Positions 16,146-24,571 of a stretch of DNA of 51,912 nucleotides are shown in pieces. This DNA is from a virus (taxonomy: Duplodnaviria > Caudoviricetes): positions 1-51,912 of the IMG/VR virus record IMGVR_UViG_3300030104_000504. The stretch is one strand, 5' to 3'. The notes under the pieces were generated by a model that searched no databases, was not told the DNA's origin, and saw only the letters and a list, made by a program, of their open reading frames with translations. Positions within the stretch are counted from its first letter, which is position 1. Every line of letters starts with the position of its first letter. The translations under genes and the position numbers were made by a program.

Positions 16146-16334
16146 AACATAACAAAGGAGGTCTTATGACATGGTGAGTCAAAGCTCACACACTTATATT
16201 CGGTACAATTTGAATGAATGTAAGCCAATTAAGTTTGGAAAAGTGATCGATAAAAAGGGCAGATAAAGAAGTCCCTTGTGTGTTTACTTAGCCTACGGTT
16301 CTAAAGGTAGGCTAGACTAAGTACATAAGATTAA

Positions 16335-16356
16335 AAACTTATACAATATAACTTTT
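16335..16356 (+). repeat. Dyad motif copy 6 (centre CAA)
   Basis: AAACTTATACAATATAACTTTT followed by AAAGGAG RBS of 16370. Confidence 0.95.
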
Positions 16357-16369
16357 AAAGGAGAAGTAA

Positions 16370-16579
16370 ATGTTCGATATAATAGTGATGAAGGCATCAA
16401 AGTTTTATGAGGAGTCTAGCTCTGGCTATGTTGCCATCACACCTAATTGGGTCTTTGAGATTGCGTTTGATCAGATACCTAGGTTACAATTTGGTATCAG
16501 CAGGGATGAGGGGTTTGAAAATTCCTACTGTATATGTTTAGGCAGCATCTGTTTTGGTGCGACAAAAAAGGAGATATAG
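16370..16579 (+). CDS. Hypothetical protein (69 aa)
   Basis: Strong AAGGAG RBS. Confidence 0.7.
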   Translation: MFDIIVMKASKFYEESSSGYVAITPNWVFEIAFDQIPRLQFGISRDEGFENSYCICLGSICFGATKKEI

Positions 16580-16580
16580 A

Positions 16581-17204
16581 ATGAGAGTTCTAGTAGCGTG
16601 TGAATCAAGTGGTACGGTAAGAGAAGCGTTCAGGAAGTTAGGCTATGATGCATGGTCAAATGATATGTTACCTGCTGATGACTCTTCTGAGTACCATATA
16701 CAAGGGGATTGTGTTGAGGCTATCAAGAGTAGGGAGTGGGATCTAATAATAATGCACCCTCCATGTACAGCGTTAGCAGTATCAGGTAACGCATGGTATG
16801 GTAAAGATATGCCAAAGCATCAAGAGCGTTTAGCAGCTATCGAGTGGACGATGAATCTTTGGAAGCTTGCTACTAGTGTTTGTGATCATGTATGTATGGA
16901 GAATCCAGTAGGAGTGCTGCCAATTAAACCAACACAGTACATACAGCCATATCAGTTTGGTCATCCTGAATCTAAGAAAACCGGGCTGTGGCTTCATGGG
17001 TTAAATAGTCTTGAAGATACTGACAATGTTAAGGAGATACACGACTCTCTACCACGTAAAGAGAGAATGAGAATACATTATCTCTCACCCTCTAAGGACA
17101 GGTGGAAGATAAGAAGTAAAACTTTTCAGGGGATAGCAGATGCAATGGCAGCGCAATGGCCTCTACAGTTTTCGTTAATGTTCAAGCAAAAGAAAGAGGC
17201 GTAA
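16581..17204 (+). CDS. DNA (cytosine-5) methyltransferase-like protein
   Basis: MRVLVACESSG (SAM-binding motif I variant), catalytic HPPC, ENP motif VI; AGGAG RBS before 16581. Confidence 0.8.
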   Translation: MRVLVACESSGTVREAFRKLGYDAWSNDMLPADDSSEYHIQGDCVEAIKSREWDLIIMHPPCTALAVSGNAWYGKDMPKHQERLAAIEWTMNLWKLATSVCDHVCMENPVGVLPIKPTQYIQPYQFGHPESKKTGLWLHGLNSLEDTDNVKEIHDSLPRKERMRIHYLSPSKDRWKIRSKTFQGIADAMAAQWPLQFSLMFKQKKEA

Positions 17205-17208
17205 AGTA

Positions 17209-17367
17209 ATGAAAGAATTTAAAGTCACTGTGACCAGCGGCTACAAGAAGATCTATTACGTTCAAGCAGAGGATTGGGAACAGGCCGAAGAGATTGTTTC
17301 AACAACCGAAGATGATCCCGATTTTGAAGAGTTCGAGAGTGATGAGATTGCAACAGAGGAGGTGTAG
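17209..17367 (+). CDS. 52 aa very acidic protein (not in ORF track)
   Basis: GAGG RBS; MKEFKVTVTSGYKKIYYVQAEDWEQAEEIV...EEV; 17 D/E versus 4 K. Confidence 0.7.
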   Translation: MKEFKVTVTSGYKKIYYVQAEDWEQAEEIVSTTEDDPDFEEFESDEIATEEV

Positions 17368-17501
17368 GTACATAGTTTGTGTACGTAAATGGAAGAGTTG
17401 GTATTGGATGGATACCTATAGTTCTGCTGAGAAGGCAATGTATGCACAGAATTTCTATAGGAAACACTACAAAGTTACTAAAATTTTTAAGGAGGAAATA
17501 A

Positions 17502-17762
17502 GTGTTTAAGTTTACTAAGAAACACTACGCAAAAATAAAAGTCCCTAGATACATCTTCACAAGGATACCTAATGATGAAGAAGGTAATCAGTTTGTGGAG
17601 CAGTTGAAAAAATATCTTAACAAAGATAGGTACGAGCTGCGAAAAAGAGGTCAAGGATTAGTTGACGGTGAGGATTGGAGGCGTTATACTCATGGTCAGC
17701 CGATAAGCAAATCAACTCATTTAAGAATTTACATAGAGGATAAATTGAATGACAACAACTAA
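17502..17762 (+). CDS. Hypothetical protein (86 aa)
   Basis: AGGAGG RBS, GTG start. Confidence 0.75.
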   Translation: MFKFTKKHYAKIKVPRYIFTRIPNDEEGNQFVEQLKKYLNKDRYELRKRGQGLVDGEDWRRYTHGQPISKSTHLRIYIEDKLNDNN

Positions 17763-18111
17763 AGAAAAAATTGTACTCACTGACAAGCTAATTGTTTCTA
17801 GCCGTGGGAAGCTCTGCGATAGATACTATCGAGCAGTCCTGATCAAGGGAGGAAGATTCGATAACGATAACCCTCCCAACGGCAACGCAGATACCATCGT
17901 GGTTGAGCAGCCATTTAAGGATGGTTCATGGGGGCCTACTGGTGGTAGCTGGTACGCTGAAACCTTACTAGGTCTTGATGAGTACGGTACTAGTGATGAT
18001 CCAAGCGACTCAATTTACATAGACGGTGGAGCGCAATGGCTAATCGAGGGTGGTATGCTCATAGCATTGAACGCCTATAAGAAACTAGGAGAAGAACGTG
18101 AAGCATCTTAG
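17749..18111 (+). CDS. Hypothetical protein (120 aa)
   Basis: GAGGA RBS, coupled in operon. Confidence 0.75.
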   Translation: MTTTKEKIVLTDKLIVSSRGKLCDRYYRAVLIKGGRFDNDNPPNGNADTIVVEQPFKDGSWGPTGGSWYAETLLGLDEYGTSDDPSDSIYIDGGAQWLIEGGMLIALNAYKKLGEEREAS

Positions 18112-18304
18112 TAAGATTAATCTCAAGTCAATTTCTGATGACCAGGTTAGGGATATATGGGCAGAAACTATTGACATACAGACAGCTAATCTTGTTGCTG
18201 ATAGATCCTCTAAGGATACTATATATTCAGATGCAGTAGCTCTGATGTACAAGTGTCAAAAAGAATTGAACAGACGCAAAGATTTTAGGAGGGAAGTTAA
18301 GTGA
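18098..18304 (+). CDS. Hypothetical protein (68 aa)
   Basis: AGGAG RBS, overlapping neighbours. Confidence 0.7.
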   Translation: MKHLSKINLKSISDDQVRDIWAETIDIQTANLVADRSSKDTIYSDAVALMYKCQKELNRRKDFRREVK

Positions 18305-18495
18305 GTTTATTTAACACGATTGCAAGAGCAGCATACGGTGATGAGTTCGTTGACAATATTGTTAGTGAGTGTGATCACGAGTGGGTACATTACCCTACAG
18401 AGTACGAGTCTTTATCTGGAAGAGGTACTGTGGTACAATATCCTGAGTATTATGAATGTGAGAAATGTGGAGAACAACATGGGCCAAGTGATTGA
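18301..18495 (+). CDS. Small zinc-ribbon-like protein (CxH...CxxC)
   Basis: CDHEW...CEKCG; GGAGG RBS. Confidence 0.7.
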   Translation: MSLFNTIARAAYGDEFVDNIVSECDHEWVHYPTEYESLSGRGTVVQYPEYYECEKCGEQHGPSD

Positions 18496-18670
18496 TATTA
18501 ATGCAGTTTTAGACATGAAAAGATTTGTGCGTAAGCACGATCTTCAATCTGAAGCTACTGAAGAAGCCATCGAAGATGGTACAAGATTGATCTTGAAATA
18601 TGGGGATGATTTCTTTTTAGGCTTCATCGAAATGTACATGGAGGAACTTGTTAGGAGGAATAAAAAATGA
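18479..18670 (+). CDS. Hypothetical protein (63 aa; 3' part of track ORF 18320..18670)
   Basis: GGAG RBS before ATG 18479 (MGQVIDIN...). Confidence 0.65.
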   Translation: MGQVIDINAVLDMKRFVRKHDLQSEATEEAIEDGTRLILKYGDDFFLGFIEMYMEELVRRNKK

Positions 18671-18837
18671 TTGTGTATGCACAGCATCCAAGAACAAAAG
18701 CACAAAGATGCATGTCTATACCACTAAACAAAAGAGAGTATCACGCTTTTACAAGAGGCAAAAATACTTTCAATTCAAAATTAACAAAAGATCAAATCAG
18801 TTTTATTAGAACTGGTTTATTAATCAAGGAGGATTAA
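18667..18837 (+). CDS. Hypothetical protein (56 aa, not in track)
   Basis: AGGAGG RBS, ATGA overlap; MIVYAQHPRTK...FIRTGLLIKED. Confidence 0.65.
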   Translation: MIVYAQHPRTKAQRCMSIPLNKREYHAFTRGKNTFNSKLTKDQISFIRTGLLIKED

Positions 18838-19011
18838 ATGATCTATCGAATCAGGGTACGTAAAAACAGATATGGTGTTAGTCATGGACGTAGTTTTATA
18901 GGCTTTCACATAGGTAAAAGATCTTTATACCTGGCTAAAGGAAAGTTTCCAGTGAAGATCAGTGACGTTAGGGGATGGGAACAGATAACAACTAAAGGAG
19001 CAAAGGCGTGA
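18838..19011 (+). CDS. Basic hypothetical protein (57 aa, not in track)
   Basis: AGGAGG RBS; MIYRIRVRKNRYG...GFHIGKRSLY; GTGA overlap with next gene. Confidence 0.7.
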   Translation: MIYRIRVRKNRYGVSHGRSFIGFHIGKRSLYLAKGKFPVKISDVRGWEQITTKGAKA

Positions 19012-19223
19012 GAGACATAGACGATTATCACTACTTTTGTGGTGACTTGAATGACGTTGAAGAATCACTGAATGAACAACAAAGAGTAGAGTCTTTAGCT
19101 GAGTTGTTCTCAGGAGAAGGAGAAACAGTTGAAGATTTTTGCCTAAAGCAAAAGAAAATGCTTGACTTCTCTGAAGATCCATGCTACCCTAGTTCACATA
19201 ATTTTTACGGAGAAAGACAATGA
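19008..19223 (+). CDS. Acidic hypothetical protein (71 aa)
   Basis: AAGGAG RBS, GTG start. Confidence 0.65.
   Translation: MRDIDDYHYFCGDLNDVEESLNEQQRVESLAELFSGEGETVEDFCLKQKKMLDFSEDPCYPSSHNFYGERQ
19162..19190 (+). promoter_or_regulatory. Candidate internal promoter for the replication module
   Basis: TTGACT, 17 bp spacer ending TGC (extended -10), TACCCT; 30 nt upstream of ATG 19220. Confidence 0.5.
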
Positions 19224-19444
19224 GTGCTACAGATCCTAACGTAGAGTTTCTATCTACTCTAGATGATTTTTGGGCGCAGTTATGGACTTTAAAGATAGGT
19301 GGTAGTCAACCTAGTGAAAGAATAAAGCAAAGGTTTTTTTCTTTTGTTAAGGATAGATGTTCTGATGTTGATGATTGGAGGTTAACTGACGATGTTATCG
19401 GCTCACTATTCAGTGAGTTTGTTGAAGAGTTGGGGAACTGGTAA
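19220..19444 (+). CDS. Hypothetical protein (74 aa)
   Basis: GGAG RBS, ATGA overlap. Confidence 0.7.
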   Translation: MSATDPNVEFLSTLDDFWAQLWTLKIGGSQPSERIKQRFFSFVKDRCSDVDDWRLTDDVIGSLFSEFVEELGNW

Positions 19445-19644
19445 TGTTTAAATTTACTAAGGAGCAATACGAAAAGATGCTGTCAATGTATGGCAGCTTG
19501 TTGTACAAAAACAAATGCATCTTAACTACTAAGAACGAAGGCACTAATGTTATTGTTAGTGTTGTAGAGGGCATCGACATAGACTTTTATGAAGATGTTT
19601 ACTTACCATTTATACGACAAGAGGAGAAAAAAATATGCGTATGA
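19444..19644 (+). CDS. Hypothetical protein (66 aa)
   Basis: TAATG coupling. Confidence 0.65.
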   Translation: MFKFTKEQYEKMLSMYGSLLYKNKCILTTKNEGTNVIVSVVEGIDIDFYEDVYLPFIRQEEKKICV

Positions 19645-20108
19645 TTGAAGGAATACCACAGGTTGTAACTGGAATAGCTTACTATCCACACATCACTGTG
19701 CCTGTACCTAACTACGGTAAAACAGCAAATGGATATGAGATTAATCTAGCTGTATCGGATGAGGTCTTTCAGCAATTCAAAGATGCTAACTTCAATGTTG
19801 GTTTGTTTGAATCAGGTAGGCGTAAGTATACTGAAGATCCTGTAGTACATTTCTATCAGTGGGAAAAGAACGCAAAGACAGGTAAGGAAAATGACAGACC
19901 TAAACTTGTGGACTCTGACATGGTAGAGATTAAAGAAGGACACCCTCTCTATGATGTTAAGATTGGGAATGGTTCTAAGGTAGCAGTACAGTGGAGGGCT
20001 GCAAACTATGGGCCAGAGAGACAGTATAAGAGAGCGGTTTTAGAAGCTGTTCAAATCCTGGAACTAGAAGAGTACAGCCCTTCTGGTGACGTAGCACTAG
20101 CATTTTAA
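19635..20108 (+). CDS. Single-stranded DNA-binding protein (T7 gp2.5-like)
   Basis: PKLVD...IGNGSKVAV...LEAVQILELEEY, C-terminal Phe; precedes primase. Confidence 0.75.
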   Translation: MRMIEGIPQVVTGIAYYPHITVPVPNYGKTANGYEINLAVSDEVFQQFKDANFNVGLFESGRRKYTEDPVVHFYQWEKNAKTGKENDRPKLVDSDMVEIKEGHPLYDVKIGNGSKVAVQWRAANYGPERQYKRAVLEAVQILELEEYSPSGDVALAF

Positions 20109-20117
20109 GGAGATAAT

Positions 20118-20363
20118 ATGACTGAAGAAGTTCAAAAACCAGCGGCAGTATATCGTAGTGAGGAAAAGGATTACGATGTATCCAAGCTAAATCCTGAAGG
20201 CCAGCAAGCTTTTATGCTGTTAGCTCAGTTGCAGCAGAATGAATTGCGTACAGCAGAGATTACTACCAATCATTACAAAGCAGCACAAGCTCATTACAAT
20301 TCTGTAATTAAAGCTAACCTTTCAGATGATGCATTGATCGAGGAAGAAAACGTGGAGACATAG
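20118..20363 (+). CDS. Hypothetical protein (81 aa)
   Basis: AAGGAG RBS; YDVSKLNPEGQ then coiled coil. Confidence 0.75.
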   Translation: MTEEVQKPAAVYRSEEKDYDVSKLNPEGQQAFMLLAQLQQNELRTAEITTNHYKAAQAHYNSVIKANLSDDALIEEENVET

Positions 20364-20366
20364 CTT

Positions 20367-22025
20367 ATGGCTTTTGTAGAGACTCATAGGGACTGCCCCT
20401 CCTGTGGACACAAGGGATGCCTTGCTGTTAACGAGGATGGGAGTGCTAAGTGCTTCTCATGTGGTGACTACATTAAAGGATATACTGAGGGTAACATGGA
20501 AGCTAAACCAAGGCTTGTAAAGGACAACGTAACAATAAATCAAGGAGAAATAAATGCTCTGTCGGACAGATCTATCTCTGTTAATACTTGTAAAAAGTAT
20601 GGAGTAAGATCTACAAAGAACTCTAACGGTGAAACAACTAGACACTTCTATCCCTACTTCAATGGTTCAGAAGAAGTTGCATACAAGACCAGAGTTGTAG
20701 AAGGCAAAGGCTTCTTAGCCTCTGGAAACATAACTGACTGTGGCTTGTTTGGACAGCAGATTGTAGGTGATAAGGGTGGAAAGTACATAACAATTACGGA
20801 GGGTGAGTGTGATGCTATGGCTGCTTATGAACTGCTAGGTTCTAAGTGGCCCGTAGTATCTGTAAAGAATGGTGCAGCAGGTGCAGAGAAAGATGTTAAA
20901 AACCAGATAGAATTTCTAGAAAAGTTTGACAACATCATAATCTGCTTTGATGCTGATAAACCTGGTCAAGAAGCAGCTAAGAAGGTAGCCAGATTATTGA
21001 AGCCTAACAAGGCTAAGATAATGGTGATGCCTGATGGACATAAAGATGCCAATGATATGCTGCGTAACAATCAACACGGTTCTTACGTGAACGCTTGGTG
21101 GAATGCTAAAACATATACGCCAAGTGGAGTGCTTAACGTCAGTGAAAACAGAGATAAGTTTCACAACAGAACCAAGAAGAAATCTATTCCCTATCCTTGG
21201 GAAGGTCTTAACAGGAAGCTAGAAGGCTTGAGGCAGGGTGAGCTAATAACCCTAGCAGGTGGTACTGGTCTAGGTAAGACTAGCGTAACTAGAGAACTGG
21301 AACACTGGCTTATAAAAAATACTGAAGATAACGTAGGCATCGTAGCCCTTGAAGAAGATTGGACTAGGACTGTTGACGGTATACTTAGTATTGAAGCTAA
21401 CGCTAGGCTCCACATTGATAGCGTCAGAGAAGGTTACTCCAAAGAAGAGTTGGAGATAATGTTTGATGATATGTTCGTTGACAATGATAACAATGACAGG
21501 GTTTGGATACACGCACACTTCGGGTCTAATGACATCGATGGTATCTTTAGTAAGCTTCGTTATATGATAGTTGGATGCGAATGTAAGTGGGTTGTGTTAG
21601 ATCACCTGCATATGATGGTATCAGCTACCTTAGAAGGGGATGAAAGAAGATCAATAGACTCTATTATGACACGGCTTAGGAGCCTCGCAGAGGAGACAGG
21701 AGCGGGTCTTATACTAGTGTCGCATCTACGTAGGATAGATGGCAATAAAGGCCATGAGAAAGGCGTAGAGACTGATCTGAGCCATCTTAGAGGCAGTCAA
21801 AGTATCAGTCAGCTATCCGATTGTGTTATCACATTGGAGAGAAACTCTCAGGCTGACGATCCTAAGACTGCATCGACTACTCGTGTAAGGATTCTTAAAT
21901 CTAGATACACTGGTGACGTTGGTATAGCTACTTATCTTTTCTACGATAAGGAAACTGGTAGATTAAATGAGGTAGATGATACTGATATAAACTTTGAAAC
22001 AGACCAGGACTTAGCGTTTGAATGA
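20367..22025 (+). CDS. DNA primase-helicase (T7 gp4-like)
   Basis: Zn finger CPSC...CFSC, TOPRIM EGECD and FDAD, Walker A GGTGLGKT, LDHL, LVSHL, LRGS, KSRYTG. Confidence 0.95.
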   Translation: MAFVETHRDCPSCGHKGCLAVNEDGSAKCFSCGDYIKGYTEGNMEAKPRLVKDNVTINQGEINALSDRSISVNTCKKYGVRSTKNSNGETTRHFYPYFNGSEEVAYKTRVVEGKGFLASGNITDCGLFGQQIVGDKGGKYITITEGECDAMAAYELLGSKWPVVSVKNGAAGAEKDVKNQIEFLEKFDNIIICFDADKPGQEAAKKVARLLKPNKAKIMVMPDGHKDANDMLRNNQHGSYVNAWWNAKTYTPSGVLNVSENRDKFHNRTKKKSIPYPWEGLNRKLEGLRQGELITLAGGTGLGKTSVTRELEHWLIKNTEDNVGIVALEEDWTRTVDGILSIEANARLHIDSVREGYSKEELEIMFDDMFVDNDNNDRVWIHAHFGSNDIDGIFSKLRYMIVGCECKWVVLDHLHMMVSATLEGDERRSIDSIMTRLRSLAEETGAGLILVSHLRRIDGNKGHEKGVETDLSHLRGSQSISQLSDCVITLERNSQADDPKTASTTRVRILKSRYTGDVGIATYLFYDKETGRLNEVDDTDINFETDQDLAFE

Positions 22026-23773
22026 AAATATTATTTGATATAGAAACTGATGGACTAGAATCGTCTGTCATCTGGTGTTTAGTTGCTCAAGAAATAGAGA
22101 CAGGACAAGTCTGGAGCTTTGGCCCTGATAAAATAGAACGAGGTGTGCAGCTTCTGAATAGAGCTACGCAACTATCAGGTCATAACATAATCGGATTTGA
22201 TATTCCTGTATTGGAGAAGTTAACTTCTTTTAAACTTGGTGATCAAGAGATCATAGATACCTTAGTATTCTCTAGACTATTTAATCCTGTACGTGAAGGA
22301 GGACATAGCCTTGCAGTATGGGGAGGTAAGTTAGGGTATTCTAAGATTGAGTTTGAAGACTTCGATAAATTCTCTGAGAGGATGCTAGACTACTGTAAAC
22401 GTGATGTTGCTTTGAATGTTAAAGTGTACAAAGCTTTACAGAAAGAAGGTGCTGGATTCTCAAGAGATTCTATGAGACTTGAATTAGAAACAGCAAAGAT
22501 CCTCAAGGATCAAGAGCAACACGGCTTTTACTTCGATGAATACAAAGCTAACATGCTTTTAGCACAGATGCGTGAGAAGATGTGTGAGACAGAATCAGAG
22601 GTAGCAAAAGTATTCAAACCTAAGATAGATGAGAGGTTAATCTTTCGTAAGGAAAAGAAGAATGGCGAGGTATCTAAGCAAGGAGCTTGGGATAATCCTA
22701 GTGGTAAGGGAGTTAGACTCTCTGATGAAGAGTATGAATATCTTTCTGATCCTTGCAACTTTAAAACTACAAGGTCTACTGTTGTGGACTTCAACATTGG
22801 ATCACGTAAACAGATAGGAGAATATCTTTTAGAGTTTGGTTGGAAGCCTGAAGAGTTTACTGTGAATGGTAGGCCAGTTGTAAACGAGAAGACCTTATCT
22901 CAAATAACTGACATACCACAAGCAGAACTTATCAAAGACTTCTTGATGTACCAGAAGAGAGAAGCACAGATAAAATCCTGGCTTGAGGCAATCAAGGATG
23001 ACTCCAGAGTTCATGGCTTTGTAATACCTAATGGTACTATCACAGGACGCATGACTCACCGTGAACCTAACATGGCACAGGTTCCTAGTTTAAGTTCTCC
23101 ATACGGTGCTGAGTGTCGTAGGTGTTGGTCTGTTCCTAGTGGATACAGTCTTGTAGGTATAGATGCTAGTGGCCTAGAACTAAGGATGCTTGCACATTAT
23201 ATGGAAGACAAGGAGTATACAAATGAAATCATCAACGGTGACATTCACACAACTAATCAAAAGCTTGCAGGACTTGAATCAAGATCTCAGGCTAAGACTT
23301 TCATCTATGCCCTCTTATACGGAGCAGGAGATGAAAAACTTGGGACTGTTTCTGGAGGCGGTAGAGAAGTTGGTAGTAGACTTAGAAAATCATTCTTCGA
23401 TAATCTACCATCATTTACAGATCTTAAAAACAAAGTATCAAGAGCAGCTTCAAGAGGCTACCTCAAAGGGTTAGACGGTAGGAAACTCTTTGTCAGGTCT
23501 GAACATTCTGCGCTCAACACTTTGCTACAGGGAGCAGGGGCTATCGTTATGAAGAAAGCTCTGGTGATATTCAATGAGTACATCGAAGACATGGATGCAC
23601 ACTTTGTCTGTAATGTACACGATGAATGGCAGGTAGAAGTGGAGAGTAGTATAGCTGATGAAGTAGGTATGCTTGGTGTTAAAGCTATTAGAGAAGCTGG
23701 TGAATACTTTAATTTGAATTGTCCTCTTGATGGAGAATATAATGTCGGAAGTAATTGGGCAGAGACTCACTGA
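22022..23773 (+). CDS. polA: Family A DNA polymerase (T7 gp5-like, Tyr762 type)
   Basis: ExoI FDIETD, ExoII GHNIIGFD, motif A DASGLELR, motif B KTFIYALLYG, motif C VHDE. Confidence 0.97.
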   Translation: MKILFDIETDGLESSVIWCLVAQEIETGQVWSFGPDKIERGVQLLNRATQLSGHNIIGFDIPVLEKLTSFKLGDQEIIDTLVFSRLFNPVREGGHSLAVWGGKLGYSKIEFEDFDKFSERMLDYCKRDVALNVKVYKALQKEGAGFSRDSMRLELETAKILKDQEQHGFYFDEYKANMLLAQMREKMCETESEVAKVFKPKIDERLIFRKEKKNGEVSKQGAWDNPSGKGVRLSDEEYEYLSDPCNFKTTRSTVVDFNIGSRKQIGEYLLEFGWKPEEFTVNGRPVVNEKTLSQITDIPQAELIKDFLMYQKREAQIKSWLEAIKDDSRVHGFVIPNGTITGRMTHREPNMAQVPSLSSPYGAECRRCWSVPSGYSLVGIDASGLELRMLAHYMEDKEYTNEIINGDIHTTNQKLAGLESRSQAKTFIYALLYGAGDEKLGTVSGGGREVGSRLRKSFFDNLPSFTDLKNKVSRAASRGYLKGLDGRKLFVRSEHSALNTLLQGAGAIVMKKALVIFNEYIEDMDAHFVCNVHDEWQVEVESSIADEVGMLGVKAIREAGEYFNLNCPLDGEYNVGSNWAETH

Positions 23774-24149
23774 TAAAATACAGATAGATAGTATAGTTAA
23801 TGACTCAAACGAAAATGGTGGTGGTTTTTATGTTAAATTTAAAGATGGTTCAGATATTCAATATGAACCCTGTAGTATTTTATTTAATGAGAAAAAGAAA
23901 ACGCTTTGGATAAATGTTGATCCAGATGAGTTAGATATATGTTTTTTCCACGATAGATTTAATCTAGGACATAACACTGACAATGAAACAGGAGCTTGGT
24001 TAGCATTAACTGACGGAAAATTATGTTACAATAAAAAGGTGGTTTCTAAACTACATACTTTCAAAGATGAAGATGCTTACAACGAAGAGGAGCATTTAGG
24101 ATGTCGTAATTGGCCTAACTGTGATACAGAGGGGTGTGGAGAGTGGTGA
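23742..24149 (+). CDS. Hypothetical protein with C-terminal HxGCxxWPxC motif
   Basis: GGAG RBS before ATG 23742 (track start 23727). Confidence 0.65.
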   Translation: MSEVIGQRLTDKIQIDSIVNDSNENGGGFYVKFKDGSDIQYEPCSILFNEKKKTLWINVDPDELDICFFHDRFNLGHNTDNETGAWLALTDGKLCYNKKVVSKLHTFKDEDAYNEEEHLGCRNWPNCDTEGCGEW

Positions 24150-24571
24150 AAGAAGTTGAACAATTTGAAATGTTTGATGATGACCATTCTGATTTAGGTA
24201 ATGGAGAAAAAAAATGTAATAAATGTAATACTCTTTTACCTTTAAGTAGTTTTAGTCCACATTCAGGAGGCACTTATTTAAGACCAGAATGCAGAAAATG
24301 TAATAATGATTTAAGTAAAGTCAGAGAGTATTTAAAATCTGTACATTCTCCTCCTTCAAAAAATTATGCTTGTCCAATATGCCTTGGCTCAGAAGAAGAT
24401 GTTAAAGGTAAAGGCAATACAAGAAATGGTTCTTGGGTTTTAGACCATTGTCACGAAACAGAATCTTTTAGAGGATGGTTATGTCACAAATGTAACAGAG
24501 CTTTAGGTGGTTTTGATGACAACATTGACATTTTAAAAAGAGCAATAAACTATTTAAAGGAAAACAAATGA
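24134..24571 (+). CDS. Endonuclease VII-family (His-Me finger) nuclease
   Basis: CPIC...LDHCHETESFRGWLCHKCNRALG..D plus N-terminal CxxC...CxxC. Confidence 0.85.
   Translation: MWRVVKEVEQFEMFDDDHSDLGNGEKKCNKCNTLLPLSSFSPHSGGTYLRPECRKCNNDLSKVREYLKSVHSPPSKNYACPICLGSEEDVKGKGNTRNGSWVLDHCHETESFRGWLCHKCNRALGGFDDNIDILKRAINYLKENK

Noticed and set aside
13215-16356. CRISPR array interpretation of the repeated motif
   Set aside because: Intervals are 211 to over 1000 bp and contain ORFs; no cas1/cas2; the Cas4-like nuclease sits in a normal replication context.
17294-17509. Track ORF of 71 aa
   Set aside because: Its 5' part overlaps the better-supported acidic ORF 17209..17367; the 3' part may be coding but I could not find a convincing start.
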